A stretch of 63,724 bases of DNA, the filler included, from Rhabdomonas costata (Eukaryota): the NCBI GenBank assembly GCA_019059605.1. It is 47 parts of 47 records of this genome, joined end to end, with 100 filler letters (N's around TTAATTAATTAA, not from the genome) between each part and the next. Parts side by side here need not be neighbours in the genome. Positions count along the whole stretch, not along the records: positions 62,468 to 63,724 come from JAHMHO010021656.1; 46 more parts are not named here. One strand, written 5' to 3'. The notes under the pieces are model-generated. The model was not told the DNA's origin, searched no databases, and was given only the letters and a program-made list of their open reading frames with translations. Of this stretch, positions 62,783 to 63,724 are shown one piece after another. Each line of letters opens with the position of its first letter. Within the stretch, counting starts at the first letter, position 1. A program made the translations under genes and the position numbers.

Positions 62783-63724
62783 GTTTTCTTTGAATATTTT
62801 CTGTGGGGAAGGGGCCGCGGAAGTCTCCTGCAGCTTAGGGTCATTCTTCCTCCCAGCGGGCTAAATAAAAGGAGGAGACACAGACACACGAGTCCTCTTC
62901 CTCAGCATTCCAAGGCCTGCATTGCCGAGGAATTCAACCCAAATAGGTGCGAAAGGTGTGAAAGGTTCAACCTTCAACAAGCTACATCACTGAAGACCTT
63001 AACCTCTCGCTCATTGGCCATACTAGGTTTCAGAATGGGGCATCACATTTCAGAAAACTGGGGGCTTTCTTTCCCTTTTTCAAAAAAAGAGAACTCGAGC
63101 GGTGATAACGTTATCAAAATCCCAGCCCTTCTTGTTGTTCATGCTGTTGAATGTCCTCCCTTGCTGCCATGCCTGACGCGCTGCGAAAACAACGCCGCTG
63201 AATAATAAGCAGTGGAGACTGAGACGGCATACCGCAGAGAGCTGTGGATGCTCCTTCCCGCCACTACCACTGTCCAAACCGTCCATTTTTCTCCAAAGAA
63301 AAAAGACGCTGCACACCAATTCAAGAAAAAGGCAAAAACTAAGGGGGTTGGGAGAATGGTTGATAGGAGGAGGCACACGCCAATGTGAAGAACATGTGAC
63401 AGCTAAATGCTCCAACATTTTCATTATGCCGAGACCCAGATATGAACTGCGCGGAGGAAGCAACACCCAACAGACCAGAATGATCAGTTCACTTTCGATG
63501 AAGCTATCCCGACCTAATGTAATTGAGGGGCAGGCTCACCGCCTTACACCTGGCAATAACCGATTAAAGGCACCTGCAAAAAGGTGAGTCTGGATTACAT
63601 GCTGGGATCCAAGTCTGACACAACCAACCAAAAACGAATTAAGAAGCTGGGAAAAAACAAAAAATGAACCAAATTCCAAATCCACTGGAAAAGGCACCAA
63701 CACAATGCCAGGTGCAACACAAAA

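Overview
This is not a contiguous locus. It is 47 unrelated contigs of about 1.26 kb, joined by 46 artificial 100-nt spacers (N-run, TTAATTAATTAA, N-run), so no synteny can be read across spacers. Most ORFs in the supplied track are spurious or read through introns. The DNA comes from an intron-rich eukaryote with short GC-rich exons. I infer a euglenid/euglenozoan from the TM-HAMP receptor fragments and degenerate GTNNGY donors; this is not proven. Contig ends carry G/T-only tails, and two carry near-complete GenomePlex-type primer remnants, indicating a whole-genome-amplified library; several contig ends also fold back on themselves. By manual translation and splicing I recognise exons of: a LacZ-type beta-galactosidase, carnitine/choline acyltransferase, cystathionine beta-synthase, a TM-HAMP receptor, an ankyrin protein, a mitochondrial carrier, an ACSBG-type acyl-CoA ligase, a DNAJB6-like protein, a YigB-like HAD phosphatase, VPS13, an HMG-box protein, bystin, a U-box protein, a 5'-nucleotidase and an AVT1-type amino-acid transporter. 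There is also a decayed Ty3/Gypsy pol and a possible decayed MULE transposase. The most interesting signal is at 2718-3415: an AT-rich, frameshifted fragment encoding virus tail-fibre-like repeats (L-x-GLSD...LQY-x-G-x-x-W-x-N). It lies antisense, between an (AGTT)n array and the splice acceptor of the beta-galactosidase exon, and is a candidate intronic endogenous viral element, although an amplification chimera must be excluded. No rRNA, tRNA or CRISPR array was recognised, and no complete novel system can be supported. All family assignments are from motif recognition; no searches were run.
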